64,000 bases of DNA from Gemmatimonadota bacterium (GCA_039589315.1 JBDHHQ010000018.1:1-64000), one strand, 5' to 3'. Counted from the first letter of the stretch, positions 9,115-19,530 are shown. Made by a program: numbers and translations. Notes: generated by a model from the sequence alone, not told the origin.

Positions 9115-10416
9115 TTATCGAGGCATCAGCCCCTTCATCTGCTTCATGAACTTCTGCATTTCCTTGAACTGCTTCAGCAGCCGGTTCACTTCCGACACCG
9201 GCCGGCCGCTCCCCCGCGCGATTCTCGCTCGCCGGCTTCCGTTCAGGATCTCAGGCTTCTGGCGCTCCGCCGGCGTCATCGACAGGATGATCGCCTCGAC
9301 GTGCTTCATCCGCTTCGGGTCCACGTTCCCCACGGGCAGGCGCTTGGCCGCGCCGGGAATGAGCTTTACCAGCTGTTCCAGCGGACCCATGCGCTGCACC
9401 TGCCGCATCGCCGTCAGGAAGTCCTCCAGCGTGAACCTCCCCTGCCCCAGCACCTTCTGCTGGAGCTGCTCCTGCTCCTGCAAGTCGATGGCTCGCTCGG
9501 CCCGCTCCACGAGCCCCACAACGTCACCCATCTGGAGGATCCGACCCGCCAGCCGCTCGGGGTCGGCCGAGTCCAGATCGTCCAGCCCTTCTCCTACCCC
9601 CACGTACTTGATGGGCTTGCCCGTGACGCCTCGGATCGACAGGGCCGCCCCGCCCCGCGCGTCGCCGTCGAGCTTCGTCAGGACGACGCCCGTGAGCTCC
9701 ACGGCCTCGTCGAAGCCCTGGGCGATTCGCACCGCCTCCTGACCGGTCATGGCGTCGGCCACCAGGAGGATCTCCTGGGGCTGCAGGTCCGCCTTGATGC
9801 GGCGCAGCTCGTCCATCATCGGCTCGTCGATCTGGAGCCGACCGGCCGTGTCCACGATCAGGACCGTGTGTCGCTCCCGGCGTGCCGCCTCCAGGGCCGC
9901 CGCCGCCACGGCCACCGGATCGTCCCCCGGCATGCCGGCGTGCACGGGGATGCCGATCTGGCGCCCCAGGGTCTGGAGCTGATCGACCGCCGCCGGACGG
10001 TACAGATCGCACGCCGCCAGCATGGGCTTCTTGCCTTCGCGGGCAAGTCGCTTGGCCAGCTTCGCCGCCGTGGTCGTCTTCCCGGAGCCCTGAAGGCCCA
10101 CCATCATCAACACCGTTGGAGGCGACGGCGCCCATGCGAGCGTCGGCCGTCCCTCGCCCAGGAGGTTGGCCAACTCCTCATGGACGATCTTAACCACCTG
10201 CTGTCCGGGCGAAACCGCCCTCAGGACCTGCTCCCCGAGCGCACGCTCCTGCACCCGGGCCAGAAAGTCCTTCGTGACCCGGAAGTTGACGTCGGCCTCC
10301 AGAAGCACACGTCGCACTTCCCGGAGGCCGTCCCGGATCATGGGCTCGGTGAGAACGCCTCGTTCCCGGAAGCGTCCCAGAACCCCGTCCAGCTTGGTGC
10401 TCAGCTCATCGAACAT
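9115..10416 (-). CDS. ffh: signal recognition particle protein
   Basis: [29 protein letters not shown], Met-rich M domain. Confidence 0.98.
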   Translation of the reverse strand: MFDELSTKLDGVLGRFRERGVLTEPMIRDGLREVRRVLLEADVNFRVTKDFLARVQERALGEQVLRAVSPGQQVVKIVHEELANLLGEGRPTLAWAPSPPTVLMMVGLQGSGKTTTAAKLAKRLAREGKKPMLAACDLYRPAAVDQLQTLGRQIGIPVHAGMPGDDPVAVAAAALEAARRERHTVLIVDTAGRLQIDEPMMDELRRIKADLQPQEILLVADAMTGQEAVRIAQGFDEAVELTGVVLTKLDGDARGGAALSIRGVTGKPIKYVGVGEGLDDLDSADPERLAGRILQMGDVVGLVERAERAIDLQEQEQLQQKVLGQGRFTLEDFLTAMRQVQRMGPLEQLVKLIPGAAKRLPVGNVDPKRMKHVEAIILSMTPAERQKPEILNGSRRARIARGSGRPVSEVNRLLKQFKEMQKFMKQMKGLMPR

Positions 10417-10504
10417 CTTGCCGCCGCCACGCTTCCACCATACCGAAGCCGCCCCGGGCCGGGGCCGGTCGACGGCTCGTTATCCGGAAGCGGCAAAGCT
10501 TGAT

Positions 10505-10533
10505 AAGGTATGGAAGATGCGGGTCCCTCTCAA
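10505..10533 (-). promoter_or_regulatory. Candidate sigma70 promoter for the ffh operon
   Basis: Minus strand TTGAGA-N17-TACCTT. Confidence 0.5.
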
Positions 10534-10584
10534 GGTAGATGGCTCTACCCCGGGGGGACGGCGATGAGACTTCCCGAGCCGCAG

Positions 10585-11934
10585 CTACGCCACTCGGATG
10601 ATCTGGGCCCGGCGCGTGCCGACCGAGACCATCTCGATCGGGGCTTCCATGAGCTCCTGGACGCGGTCGAGGTAACGGCGTGCCACTGGGGGCAGCTCCG
10701 AGAGGGCCCGCGCGCCCGTGGTGTCCGATTGCCACCCCGGGAGCGTCTCGTACACGGGCTCTACTGCCTCCATGGACCACGTGTCTGCCGGAAACGTGCT
10801 CGTGACGCCGTCCCGGCCCCGATAGCCGGTGCAGATCGAGATCTCCGGGAGCGTGTCCAGCACGTCGAGCTTGGTGACGGCCAGCCCGGTCAAGCCGTTG
10901 ACCTGGGCCGAGAAACGCGCCTGCACGGCGTCGAACCAACCGCAACGCCGAGGGCGACCCGTGGTCGCGCCGAACTCTCCGCCGAGCTCACGCATGCGCT
11001 CGTCCATCTCGGTGTCGAAGGCGGTCGGCAAGGGGCCGTTGCCGACTCGGGTGGTGTAGGCTTTCACGACGCCAACGACCCGGTCGATGGTGGTGGGGCC
11101 AACACCGACACCGGTTGCGGCCGCCGCCGCCGTGGTGTTCGACGAGGTCACGAACGGGTACGTCCCGTGATCCAGGTCCAACGCCGTGCCCTGAGCGCCC
11201 TCCAACAGCACGCCGCCACCCTTCGAGAGCGTCCTCAGGATCTCGCTGCCGGTGTCTGCGGCCAACGCCAGCAGCCGGCCTCTGAGCCCGAAGACCCTGT
11301 CCATCTCAGCGTCGAGCGTGGGGTCGGGATCGACGCCCAACTGCTCCAGCCTGGATTGGGCCCGAGCCACTCCGGCCTTCAGCATCCCTGTCAGGCGGCC
11401 CTTGTCGGCGAGATCCGCCACGCGAATACCGCGACGGCCCGCCTTCTCCTCGTAGGCCGGGCCGATGCCGCGCCCGGTGGTGCCGATCTTCTCGCTCGCC
11501 CTGTCCTCCGCTGCCAGGTCCAGGCGTCGATGATACGGAAGCAGGAGGTGCGCCCGTGAGCTCACCGCGACCCGACCTTCGAGGTCGATGCCGCGGTTCT
11601 GAAGCGCCTCGTACTCCTCGAAGAACTGGAGTACGTCCAATACGACGCCGTTTCCGAGAAGGCAGCGCTTGCGGTCGTGCAGGATCCCCGAGGGAATCTG
11701 GTGCAGGACGAACTCCTCGTCCCCTACGTGCACGGTGTGGCCCGCGTTCGCTCCGCCTTGATACCGAGCGACGATCTCCACGCTCTCGGCGAGAACGTCG
11801 ACGATCTTGCCCTTGCCTTCGTCACCCCACTGGCACCCTACGACGACGGTGCACTGACCCTCCCGTTGAGCATGCGGGCGGGACGGGGGCGCGTCTTGGC
11901 GCTGATTCGCGGATTCCACCTGGGTCCTCTCCAC
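10585..11934 (-). CDS. purA: adenylosuccinate synthetase (start may be slightly downstream)
   Basis: QWGDEGKGK, GGANAGHT, IGTTGRGIGPAY, EGAQG, GATTGRPRRCGW. Confidence 0.97.
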   Translation of the reverse strand: MERTQVESANQRQDAPPSRPHAQREGQCTVVVGCQWGDEGKGKIVDVLAESVEIVARYQGGANAGHTVHVGDEEFVLHQIPSGILHDRKRCLLGNGVVLDVLQFFEEYEALQNRGIDLEGRVAVSSRAHLLLPYHRRLDLAAEDRASEKIGTTGRGIGPAYEEKAGRRGIRVADLADKGRLTGMLKAGVARAQSRLEQLGVDPDPTLDAEMDRVFGLRGRLLALAADTGSEILRTLSKGGGVLLEGAQGTALDLDHGTYPFVTSSNTTAAAAATGVGVGPTTIDRVVGVVKAYTTRVGNGPLPTAFDTEMDERMRELGGEFGATTGRPRRCGWFDAVQARFSAQVNGLTGLAVTKLDVLDTLPEISICTGYRGRDGVTSTFPADTWSMEAVEPVYETLPGWQSDTTGARALSELPPVARRYLDRVQELMEAPIEMVSVGTRRAQIIRVA

Positions 11935-12029
11935 GGGCCACGCCCGGGGTGCGGGAAACGGTGGTGGGTGGGCACGGAGAAGCCCACCCCCCGGTGGGGG
12001 ATGGGCCTGGTTGAGCTATCCTCTGGGAG

Positions 12030-12058
12030 AAGCTAGAAACGGGCCCCGGGAGTGTCAA
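12030..12058 (-). promoter_or_regulatory. Candidate sigma70 promoter for purA
   Basis: Minus strand TTGACA-N17-TAGCTT (perfect -35). Confidence 0.65.
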
Positions 12059-12071
12059 CCGAAGGAGTCGG

Positions 12072-13019
12072 TCAGGCCGGCTGGACCTCGCCCAGACCTG
12101 CAGCCGACAGCAACCTCCGCAGCGCCTCGTTCTCGGATTCCGGCAGGGGACGCAAGGGTGATCTCGGGTCGCCGCCGCGGAACCCGAGCAAGTCCAGGGC
12201 CCGCTTGACCCCTGGGACGCCCCGCTTGCCCACGATCTCCACGTGCAAGGGCGCCACGGTCTCCTGCAACCGACCGGCCTCCGCGCTGCGTCCGGCCGCG
12301 AACGCCTGGTGCACATCGGTGCACAGGGCGGGAGCCAGGTTCGCCACGCCCAGGATGCCGCCCACGCCGCCGATCTCCAGCGCCCCGTAGAACTTTGCGC
12401 CGTTCCCCACCAGTACCTGGAATCCCTCCTGTGTCTGAGTGACGAGCTCGCCCACGAGAGCGAGGTCGCCCCGCGAGTCCTTGACCCCGACGATGTTCTC
12501 GTGAGCCGACAGCTCGGCCACGAGGCCGGTGGCCAGGTCCAGGGTGCTGAAGCGGAGGGGCACCTGGTAGAGGATCACGGGCACGGCGCTCTGGTCCGCC
12601 ACGGCACGGTAGTGGTCCAGAAGCACGGCGGGAGACATGGCTCCTCTGTAGTACGCCGGCGGCTGGACGAGCACCGCATCCGCTCCAGCGTCGGCTGCGT
12701 CCCCACACAGCTGCACAGTGCCGCGGGTCGATTCGGCCCCCGTTCCCACCACCAGCAACCGGTCCCCGGGCAGCACGGACCGGGTCGCGTGGATCAGGGA
12801 GAGACGCTCGTCCCGGTCCAGGAACACGGCCTCACCGGTGGAACCTGCGATGACCACGCCGCGAACGGGGTGCTCGAGAAAGCCACGGAGGTTGCTGCGG
12901 TGACCGACGACGTCCACGTCCCCGGTCACGGGATCGAAGGGGGTGGTCGTGGGGATCAGGACACCGCTGAGATCGATAGGGAGCGTCACGCTCGGACTCC
13001 GGTCGGGGGTGGCGGACAC
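12072..13019 (-). CDS. DapA/NAL-family class I aldolase (non-operonic paralog)
   Basis: GSTGE, LYQVP, Schiff-base Lys in GVKDS. Confidence 0.88.
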   Translation of the reverse strand: MSATPDRSPSVTLPIDLSGVLIPTTTPFDPVTGDVDVVGHRSNLRGFLEHPVRGVVIAGSTGEAVFLDRDERLSLIHATRSVLPGDRLLVVGTGAESTRGTVQLCGDAADAGADAVLVQPPAYYRGAMSPAVLLDHYRAVADQSAVPVILYQVPLRFSTLDLATGLVAELSAHENIVGVKDSRGDLALVGELVTQTQEGFQVLVGNGAKFYGALEIGGVGGILGVANLAPALCTDVHQAFAAGRSAEAGRLQETVAPLHVEIVGKRGVPGVKRALDLLGFRGGDPRSPLRPLPESENEALRRLLSAAGLGEVQPA

Positions 13020-13060
13020 GCCGCCGAGGTGCGCCCGGCCGGAAGAGTCTCTCGCCCGGG

Positions 13061-14197
13061 TCAGCCTCGTGTCACCGTGAACTGATCCGGCACGTTGGAC
13101 ACATGGGCCGATCCCTGCAACCCCTGCGGGTCAGTGTCGAAGACGTTCATCTTGAGATCGAAGTCTCCGGGGTTGGTCGCAGCGGCCTTGGCGACCTCGA
13201 ACGTGACCAGGTCCTGGTTCACCAGATCCATCAGGTGCTGATCGAAGGACATGGAGCCGTTGACCTCTCTACCCTCCTCGATGAGATCTCGCATCTCGTC
13301 GATGCGATCCGAATCCATGATGCACTCCTTGATCGTCCCCGTAGCCAGCATGACCTCGCAGGCGACGACCCGGCCCTGTCCGTCCTTCCGAGGCAACAGG
13401 CGTTGGCTGATCACGGCCTGCAGCGTGTCCGCGAGCCGGATGCGGAGGATCTCCTGCTCGTCGGACGTGAAGGCGGCGATGATGCGGGAGATAGTCTGGA
13501 CCGCGTCCTGCGTGTGCAGCGTCGAGAGAACGAGGTGACCCGTCTCACCCGCTTTGAGAGCGGTCTCGATGGTCTCCTTGTCCCGCATCTCACCGATCTG
13601 GATCACGTCGGGATCCTGGCGGAGCGCCGCGCGGAGCCCGCTCATGAACGATGCCGTATCGGTCCCCACGTCCCGCTGCGTGATGGAGCACCGGAGGTCG
13701 CGATGCAGGAACTCGATGGGGTTCTCCAGCGTGACGATGTGCTTCTGCTTGTTGCGGTTGATGTGGTTGACGAGCGCCGCCATCGTCGAGCTCTTGCCTG
13801 ACCCCGTGACGCCCGTGACCAGAACGAGCCCCCGTTCGTTGTCGGCGATCTTGCTCATGACCGGAGGAAGCCGCAGCTCGCTGAAGTCCGGGATCTCGAT
13901 GGGGATGACCCGCATCACGATCATGAAGGAGCCGCGCTGCCGGAGGATGCTCACCCGGAAGCGGCCGAGGCCCGGCAGTCCCCAGGAGCAGTCGTAGTCC
14001 AGGAGCTCGTCGATCCGCGCCCGATCGTGGTCGTGGGGGATGAGCTTCAGAGCCAGCGCGCGCACCTGGTCCTGGGTGAGCTTCTGCTCCGTCAGAGGGA
14101 CCAGGAATCCGTGGATCCGAGCGCGGATGCGGTCCCCGGACTTGATGTGGATGTCGCTGGCGCCCTGTTCGATGGCGGCCTTGAATACCTCGGTCAT
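13061..14197 (-). CDS. PilT/PilU-family type IV pilus ATPase
   Basis: ASDIH, GRFRV, Walker A GVTGSGKSST, ALRQDPDVI.IGEMRD, ETGHLVLSTLHT. Confidence 0.93.
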   Translation of the reverse strand: MTEVFKAAIEQGASDIHIKSGDRIRARIHGFLVPLTEQKLTQDQVRALALKLIPHDHDRARIDELLDYDCSWGLPGLGRFRVSILRQRGSFMIVMRVIPIEIPDFSELRLPPVMSKIADNERGLVLVTGVTGSGKSSTMAALVNHINRNKQKHIVTLENPIEFLHRDLRCSITQRDVGTDTASFMSGLRAALRQDPDVIQIGEMRDKETIETALKAGETGHLVLSTLHTQDAVQTISRIIAAFTSDEQEILRIRLADTLQAVISQRLLPRKDGQGRVVACEVMLATGTIKECIMDSDRIDEMRDLIEEGREVNGSMSFDQHLMDLVNQDLVTFEVAKAAATNPGDFDLKMNVFDTDPQGLQGSAHVSNVPDQFTVTRG

Positions 14198-14332
14198 CTA
14201 CGTCCCTCGCTCTCGGCGACAGTTGGCGGGTTCTCGCCTCGCAGCGCACCGGGGACCACGGCAGACTGGCGGACAAGGGTCGGTTGGAGCATCCTTGCGG
14301 CTCGCCGGCACCCGTCCCTTGCGCACCGATGC

Positions 14333-15439
14333 ATGCTCGACACCGCCTGGACGCTCGGACTTTCCGTGCTGTTGGTTTCGATCCCCTCGACGGGCGCGTC
14401 AGGGCAGTCCCCGTGCGCACCCACCTCCACCAATGGTCTTCGGCCTTTCGGACCCGGGAGTGAAGTCCGCTTCGAGCCTTCCGCGGTGGTGGCGCTACCC
14501 GGTGAATGTGCGGTCCTGGTCTTCTCCGACGAGTCCGACGAGCTGGAGGCCTTCCGGTTCCCACTGGGCCCCGCAGGGCTCGGCCCCGGGGAGCTGGTTT
14601 CAGTCCCCGCGGCACCCGGTGTCCTCCAACTGGAGGCTGCAACGTGGACGGGCGACAGCACGGGGGTCCTCGCGTTGACGTCCGGCGCGTACGATGGCGT
14701 GCCCTCGGTCGACCAGAGCCGCGAGGACCGAGCCGTGATCATAGCCCAGGACGAAGCGGGCGAATGGCGTGTCGCAGACGACCTGACCGCCCAATGGCGC
14801 CGCTTCCTGGACCGGCTACGGCGGCGAACCCACGCTTGGCTGAGGGTCGAAGCGGTGCACGCCCTGGGGGAGCGCTACCTGGTGGGTATCCGCCAATTCG
14901 GCCTGGACTCGAACCGCTTCGACTTCGGGATGTGGGTGGTCGTCTGGGATCCGCTGGAGCCTTCCGTGACAACCGTGCTGGCCGACCCCCGGTCGATGAC
15001 GTTCGAGGAAACGGGCGACATGAACGGGACCGGTCTGGCCTACGTACGCACCTACGGCATCTCGTCGCTGGAGTGCGCCCCCGAGAGCGCGCCCGGCCGG
15101 TTGTCCTGCTACATGCTGGTGGCCGCCGAGGCCGGGCCTGGGAGCCATCAGGTGAAGAGCCGTCTCCTCCGCTTCGAGCTCGCCGAGCTGACGGACGTCA
15201 GAACCCTGCCCGGCAGGCAGGTGGCGTGTTTCTGGGGCAAGGCAGAGGGCCTGACGCTTCTCGAGGACGGCATGGCGTTGGTCGTATTCGACTCGGACCA
15301 ATCCCGCAAAGGCGGTTCCGCCGGATCGGATCTGTTCGCGTTGAACGACAACCAGGACTGGTACTGGGTGGGACTGGTGGAGGAGGGGGTGGGACCCCCG
15401 TGGGAGGAGGGGGCGCCGGCGGGGTGCGTGGGTCCGTGA
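14333..15439 (+). CDS. Hypothetical secreted protein, probably a beta-propeller
   Basis: Signal-like N-terminus from the ATG at 14333; blade-like motifs FEPSAVV, LEAATW, RVEAVH, KAEGLT..VVFDSD. Confidence 0.6.
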   Translation: MLDTAWTLGLSVLLVSIPSTGASGQSPCAPTSTNGLRPFGPGSEVRFEPSAVVALPGECAVLVFSDESDELEAFRFPLGPAGLGPGELVSVPAAPGVLQLEAATWTGDSTGVLALTSGAYDGVPSVDQSREDRAVIIAQDEAGEWRVADDLTAQWRRFLDRLRRRTHAWLRVEAVHALGERYLVGIRQFGLDSNRFDFGMWVVVWDPLEPSVTTVLADPRSMTFEETGDMNGTGLAYVRTYGISSLECAPESAPGRLSCYMLVAAEAGPGSHQVKSRLLRFELAELTDVRTLPGRQVACFWGKAEGLTLLEDGMALVVFDSDQSRKGGSAGSDLFALNDNQDWYWVGLVEEGVGPPWEEGAPAGCVGP

Positions 15440-15608
15440 GGTCTGTGTGGGAGCCTGACTCGGTCGCAGCTGGAAGCTCCTGAATCCTGAGTCCGAGGGC
15501 TACCGCCAGCCTAGGCGTTGACGTCACGCCCGGATCTGTTCCGACCTGGCGGGGGCCTCCCCCTGACCACGTTCGTTCAGGTAGAGACGCCAACGCCGGA
15601 GCGCGTGC

Positions 15609-15800
15609 ATGGCCGCCTGTGATCTGGAGGTTCGCCTCAAGCGAGACCCGCCGCGGTTTCATCCCGGAGAGACCGTAGAAGGAGTCGTGCGCGTACAGGT
15701 GAACTGAAGTGGTCGGTGAACGCGTCGGCCAACGTCAGGGCCCTGCGCAGCCCCGAGACGGCCGTGGAGATCAAGGTCTTACCCGACCCCGCGTCGAAAG
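15609..15800 (+). pseudogene. Remnant of an arrestin/Spo0M-like gene (internal deletion plus frameshift)
   Basis: ATG 15609 gives MAACDLEVRLKRDPPRFHPGETVEGVVRVQVN* (stop 15705-15707). A shifted frame continues LKWSVNASANVRALRSPETAVEIKVLP, resembling the end of the same fold. Confidence 0.35.
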
Positions 15801-16068
15801 AGAAACCGGACTGGATCGCTTCCTTTGGCCCGACGTCCCGCATGCGCAAACTGGTCGCCGCCATGATGGAGCGTGTAGGCCAGGAGGCTCGGCCTCACGA
15901 GCTAGCGGCTCAGTTGGATCTGCCCCGGCCACTGAAGACCGCAGTTGGGGAGTCGATGCCGCCAGGCGGGTGCGGTCCCGAATGCGTGGAGGGGCACCCG
16001 GACGCCCATCCGTGCCCTCCGTGCTGCCCTCCGCAGGAGAGCCGCGTCCCCATGGTGCCGTCAGGCCC

Positions 16069-17082
16069 CTACACCGCGCTCCGCCAATCCAACCCCATGC
16101 GCTTCCGGGTCTCGTTCAAGGTAGCCCGGGCGATGGCTCTGGCCTTCGCCGCCCCCTCTTCGAGAATCCCCTGCACTTCTTCGGGATGAGCTTGATAGTG
16201 GGCGGCCTTTTCCCTCATCGGAGCGAACTCCCGAGCGATGGAGTCGGCCAGGATCCGCTTGCAGTCGACACAACCCCGCTCGGCGCTTCGACACTTGGCT
16301 GCGATGTCCGGCAACTCCGTCTCGTCCGTGAAGAACTTGTGGAGCGTGTAGACGTTGCAGACCTCGGGCCGGCCCGGATCGGTCCGTCTCACCCGCTGCG
16401 GGTCCGTGACCGCCGTGCGGACTCTCTCCCAGACCTCGTCCGGCTCGGCGAGGATGCCCACGGTGTTACCCAGCGATTTGCTCATCTTGGCCTTGCCGTC
16501 GAGCCCCATGATGCGACCCGCTGTGCCGATCAACGGTTGGGGCTCCGGAAAGGTCTCGCCGTACCTCGCGTTGAACTTGCGAGCGATCTCCCGGGTGAGC
16601 TCGAGGTGCTGCAGCTGATCCTCACCAACAGGCACGGCTTCCGCCTTGTAGATGAGGATGTCCGCCGCCTGGAGGATGGGGTAGTTCAGGATCCCGGCCG
16701 GAATGGACTCGAACTGCTGAGATTTGTCCTTGTATTGGGTCATCCGTTCGAGCTCACCCACGGGCGTGATCGTATTGAACAGCCACTGAAGCTCCGTGTG
16801 CTCGGGCACGTCGGACTGGACGAACAGGATGGCTCTCTCGGGATCGAGGCCCACAGCGAGGAAGCTCGTCGCGAGATCTAGCGTGTTTTGGGGAAGCGTC
16901 TCTGGATCAGAGCCGGCGGCCACGGCATGGTCGTCGACGATGCACCAGATGCAGTCGTAGTCGCTCTGCATCTGGGCCCAACGCTTCAACGCGCCCAGGT
17001 AGTTGCCGATGTGGGCCTCGCCGCTGGGCTGCATGCCGCTGAAGACCCGCTTCTTGGTCCCACTCGCCTGCTCGGTGCTCAT
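16069..17082 (-). CDS. trpS: tryptophan--tRNA ligase
   Basis: SGMQPSGEAHIGNY, YPILQAADI, VPVGEDQ.QHLE, KMSKS. Confidence 0.97.
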   Translation of the reverse strand: MSTEQASGTKKRVFSGMQPSGEAHIGNYLGALKRWAQMQSDYDCIWCIVDDHAVAAGSDPETLPQNTLDLATSFLAVGLDPERAILFVQSDVPEHTELQWLFNTITPVGELERMTQYKDKSQQFESIPAGILNYPILQAADILIYKAEAVPVGEDQLQHLELTREIARKFNARYGETFPEPQPLIGTAGRIMGLDGKAKMSKSLGNTVGILAEPDEVWERVRTAVTDPQRVRRTDPGRPEVCNVYTLHKFFTDETELPDIAAKCRSAERGCVDCKRILADSIAREFAPMREKAAHYQAHPEEVQGILEEGAAKARAIARATLNETRKRMGLDWRSAV

Positions 17083-17251
17083 GGACGGTTCGCTATTGCT
17101 CGTGAGGTGGACGATCGTCCTCGAACGATGACCCTACGGCGACCAGAATGTGCCCCGGAAGCGGTATCCCGGTTGTGAAGGGTCGCCTAAGTTATTCGGC
17201 GCACATGGGCTCCGCGACCCACCGCGACCCTTACGCAAACGTCCCGAGCCT

Positions 17252-18139
17252 ATGACCAGAGATCTCCTCCAAACTGCACTCGATGCTGCGGACGCCGCGG
17301 GGGCCGTGCACCAACGCTACCGCGAGCGCCTCGACAGCTTCCGCACGGTGGAGAAGGGCCAGAGCGACTTCGTGTCGGAAGTCGACCTGGAGGCGCAGGA
17401 AGCTGCGCTGTCGGTGATTCGCTCCCGGCATCCTGGCCACCAGATCCGCGCCGAGGAGGACGAGCACGGAGCCTCGCTGTTGCGCTCAGCCGGTGCCGAG
17501 GTGAATCACTCGGCCCACGGCCCGGCTGGCACCGGCTCGGACGTGCCTACCTGGATCGTGGATCCCCTGGACGGGACCACGAACTACCTGCATGGCCACC
17601 CCATGTTCGCGTCGTCCGTTGGGGTAGCCTTGGGCCCGCACGTGGTGGCCGGAGCGGTCCTCGCCGTAGCGACCGGCGAGCGGTGGTGGGCGTCCCGGGG
17701 TGGTGGCGCGTTCCTCAACGGCCAGCCGATCAGAGTCTCGACCCAGCGTGAGCTCCGAGGCGCCCTCATTGGGACGGGGTTCCCGTTCAAGAGTCTCCCT
17801 CTGCTTCCGCGCTACTTGCAGCAGATGGACAACGTGCTCCGCAACACGGCGGGGATTCGACGATTGGGATCGGCCGCTCTGGATCTCTGCTACCTGGCGA
17901 CCGGCAGACTGGACGCGTTCTGGGAGCTGCAGCTGGGCGCTTGGGACGTCGCGGCCGGACTCGTGATCGTCGAAGAAGCTGGGGGTATCGTGACCGACGT
18001 CGACGGCTGTGCGATCGAGCTCGTCGATTCCGGCTCCTACCTGGCGGCCAACTCGCCGACGCTGCATGAAGCCCTGCGCGGTCTCGTGAGGCAGGCCGAC
18101 GTCGCGGCCGATGCGCCTGAGGAGCCCGGTACGCAGTAG
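17252..18139 (+). CDS. suhB: inositol monophosphatase family (SuhB-like)
   Basis: DFVSEVD, WIVDPLDGTTNY, RRLGSAALDL, WDVAAG. Confidence 0.88.
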   Translation: MTRDLLQTALDAADAAGAVHQRYRERLDSFRTVEKGQSDFVSEVDLEAQEAALSVIRSRHPGHQIRAEEDEHGASLLRSAGAEVNHSAHGPAGTGSDVPTWIVDPLDGTTNYLHGHPMFASSVGVALGPHVVAGAVLAVATGERWWASRGGGAFLNGQPIRVSTQRELRGALIGTGFPFKSLPLLPRYLQQMDNVLRNTAGIRRLGSAALDLCYLATGRLDAFWELQLGAWDVAAGLVIVEEAGGIVTDVDGCAIELVDSGSYLAANSPTLHEALRGLVRQADVAADAPEEPGTQ

Positions 18140-18353
18140 GCACGTTTGGAAGCACCGGCTCGTCCTCAGCCTTGCGGTCTGTCGCCGAAGGTCCGCAAGG
18201 TATTGTCTCGTGGCTCTTGCCTATCGGCCGGGCTTTGCACCTTTGCGAGCCAGGACGCGTGGGTTACCAAGACCGGCGCTCTACGCTCGCTGGCGCCCTG
18301 GCCGCCGCCCACTCTCTGGCGGACCCCGACCCTCCTCAATCAGGAACGAACCA

Positions 18354-18836
18354 ATGAGCAACCGCACCCTACGTGACCTGCACCTCCGCCTCGACGGCCT
18401 CGAGCGCTCCAACCGCAGGTGGAAGGGGGCGGCCCTGATAGGACTGGCAATGTTGACGCTCGGCTGGGCGCTGCCGGCCGAGGACATCGTCCGCGCGGAG
18501 GCGTTCGAGCTCATAGACCCGCAGGGGAACGTCAGGGCAGAGCTCATGCTCGAGGACTCGAACCCGGAGCTGCATCTCCTCGACGAAGACGGCGTTCGGC
18601 GGGCCTCGCTCGTCCACGACGCTCAGCAGACGGGCCTGTTCCTTCAGGACGCCGAAGGGGACACGAGGGTTGGGGCCGCCCACTTCGCCCACGGCGGCGG
18701 TGGGTACGCCCTGCACGGACCCGGTGGCGAAGGCGCGCTCGTGCTCTATCTCAGGGAGACAGGCACGCTGACCCACTACGGTCCGGACGGGGAGGTGGTG
18801 GCCCGGTTTCCGGAGCGTGGCGAGGCCGGCCGCTAG
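18354..18836 (+). CDS. Hypothetical protein with N-terminal membrane anchor and repeated LxDxxGxxR beta-hairpins
   Basis: ATG 18354 with AGGA upstream; coiled-coil, TM segment, then three D.[QEA].G..R repeats. Confidence 0.7.
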   Translation: MSNRTLRDLHLRLDGLERSNRRWKGAALIGLAMLTLGWALPAEDIVRAEAFELIDPQGNVRAELMLEDSNPELHLLDEDGVRRASLVHDAQQTGLFLQDAEGDTRVGAAHFAHGGGGYALHGPGGEGALVLYLRETGTLTHYGPDGEVVARFPERGEAGR

Positions 18837-18891
18837 TCGGTACGCGAAGGGGCGCGTAGGGCCTGCGCGGCGCCCAACCTGAGGGGTTGCC

Positions 18892-18924
18892 AAAACGGCC
18901 CGGGAGGAAGCTCCCCCCGGGCCG
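18892..18924 (-). terminator. Intrinsic terminator downstream of hsp20
   Basis: CGGCCCGGG...CCCGGGCCG hairpin followed by TTTT on the minus strand. Confidence 0.7.
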
Positions 18925-18953
18925 CCGCGCTGAGCCGCATCCGAGCCGAGTGA

Positions 18954-19415
18954 CTAGGCCTTCTTGCCGATGGAGATCTTCCTGCCCTTCGCCTCGGGCA
19001 CCTTCGGCATGTGCACCGTCAGGATGCCGTTCTCGAAGACGGCGTTGATGTCCGTGGGCTTGACGGTCCGAGGCACCGTGAAGCTGCGCTGGAACGATCC
19101 GTACCGCCGCTCCCAGAGGTGATAGCGGCTGTCGTCGTCGCCTTCCTCCCGCTCCTCGCGCTTTTCGCCCCGGATCGTGAGGATGTTGTTCTCCAACTCG
19201 ATCTCGACGTCGTCATGACCGAGCCCCGGGAGCTCCGCGGTGAGGACGACCTCGTCCTTCTTCTCCTCGACGTTCACGGCCGGCATCCATCCCTTGTGGG
19301 TCGGCGCCAGGAACCAGCTGTCGTCGAGGGTCCTTCCGAGCCGGGACGTCAGCTCGTCCAAATCACGCCAGGGATTCGCCAGCGACTTGCCTCGGGTGTA
19401 CCGTGTGATTGCCAT
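18954..19415 (-). CDS. Hsp20/alpha-crystallin small heat-shock protein
   Basis: PAVNVEE, AELPG, LTIRGEK, ERRYGSFQRSF, A.FENGIL; strong GGAGG RBS before ATG 19415. Confidence 0.95.
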   Translation of the reverse strand: MAITRYTRGKSLANPWRDLDELTSRLGRTLDDSWFLAPTHKGWMPAVNVEEKKDEVVLTAELPGLGHDDVEIELENNILTIRGEKREEREEGDDDSRYHLWERRYGSFQRSFTVPRTVKPTDINAVFENGILTVHMPKVPEAKGRKISIGKKA

Positions 19416-19530
19416 GATTCTCCCCTCCGTTCGGGTAAGGCATCGATGTTGCGCTCTACGATGGTCAGGCGCTTCGTCGCACCGTGTTCGGGCACGTGAC
19501 CCGAGGGGCGACCGCTGCCCCACTGTCGCG

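Noticed and set aside
10417..10584. SRP RNA (ffs) next to ffh
   Set aside because: No SRP domain IV signature in a suitable stem; the region is explained by a promoter and 5' UTR.
15716..16189. 157-aa ORF with a Cys-rich tail as a RiPP or metal-binding protein
   Set aside because: It overlaps the 3' end of trpS, has no RBS, and looks like read-through from a decayed gene fragment.
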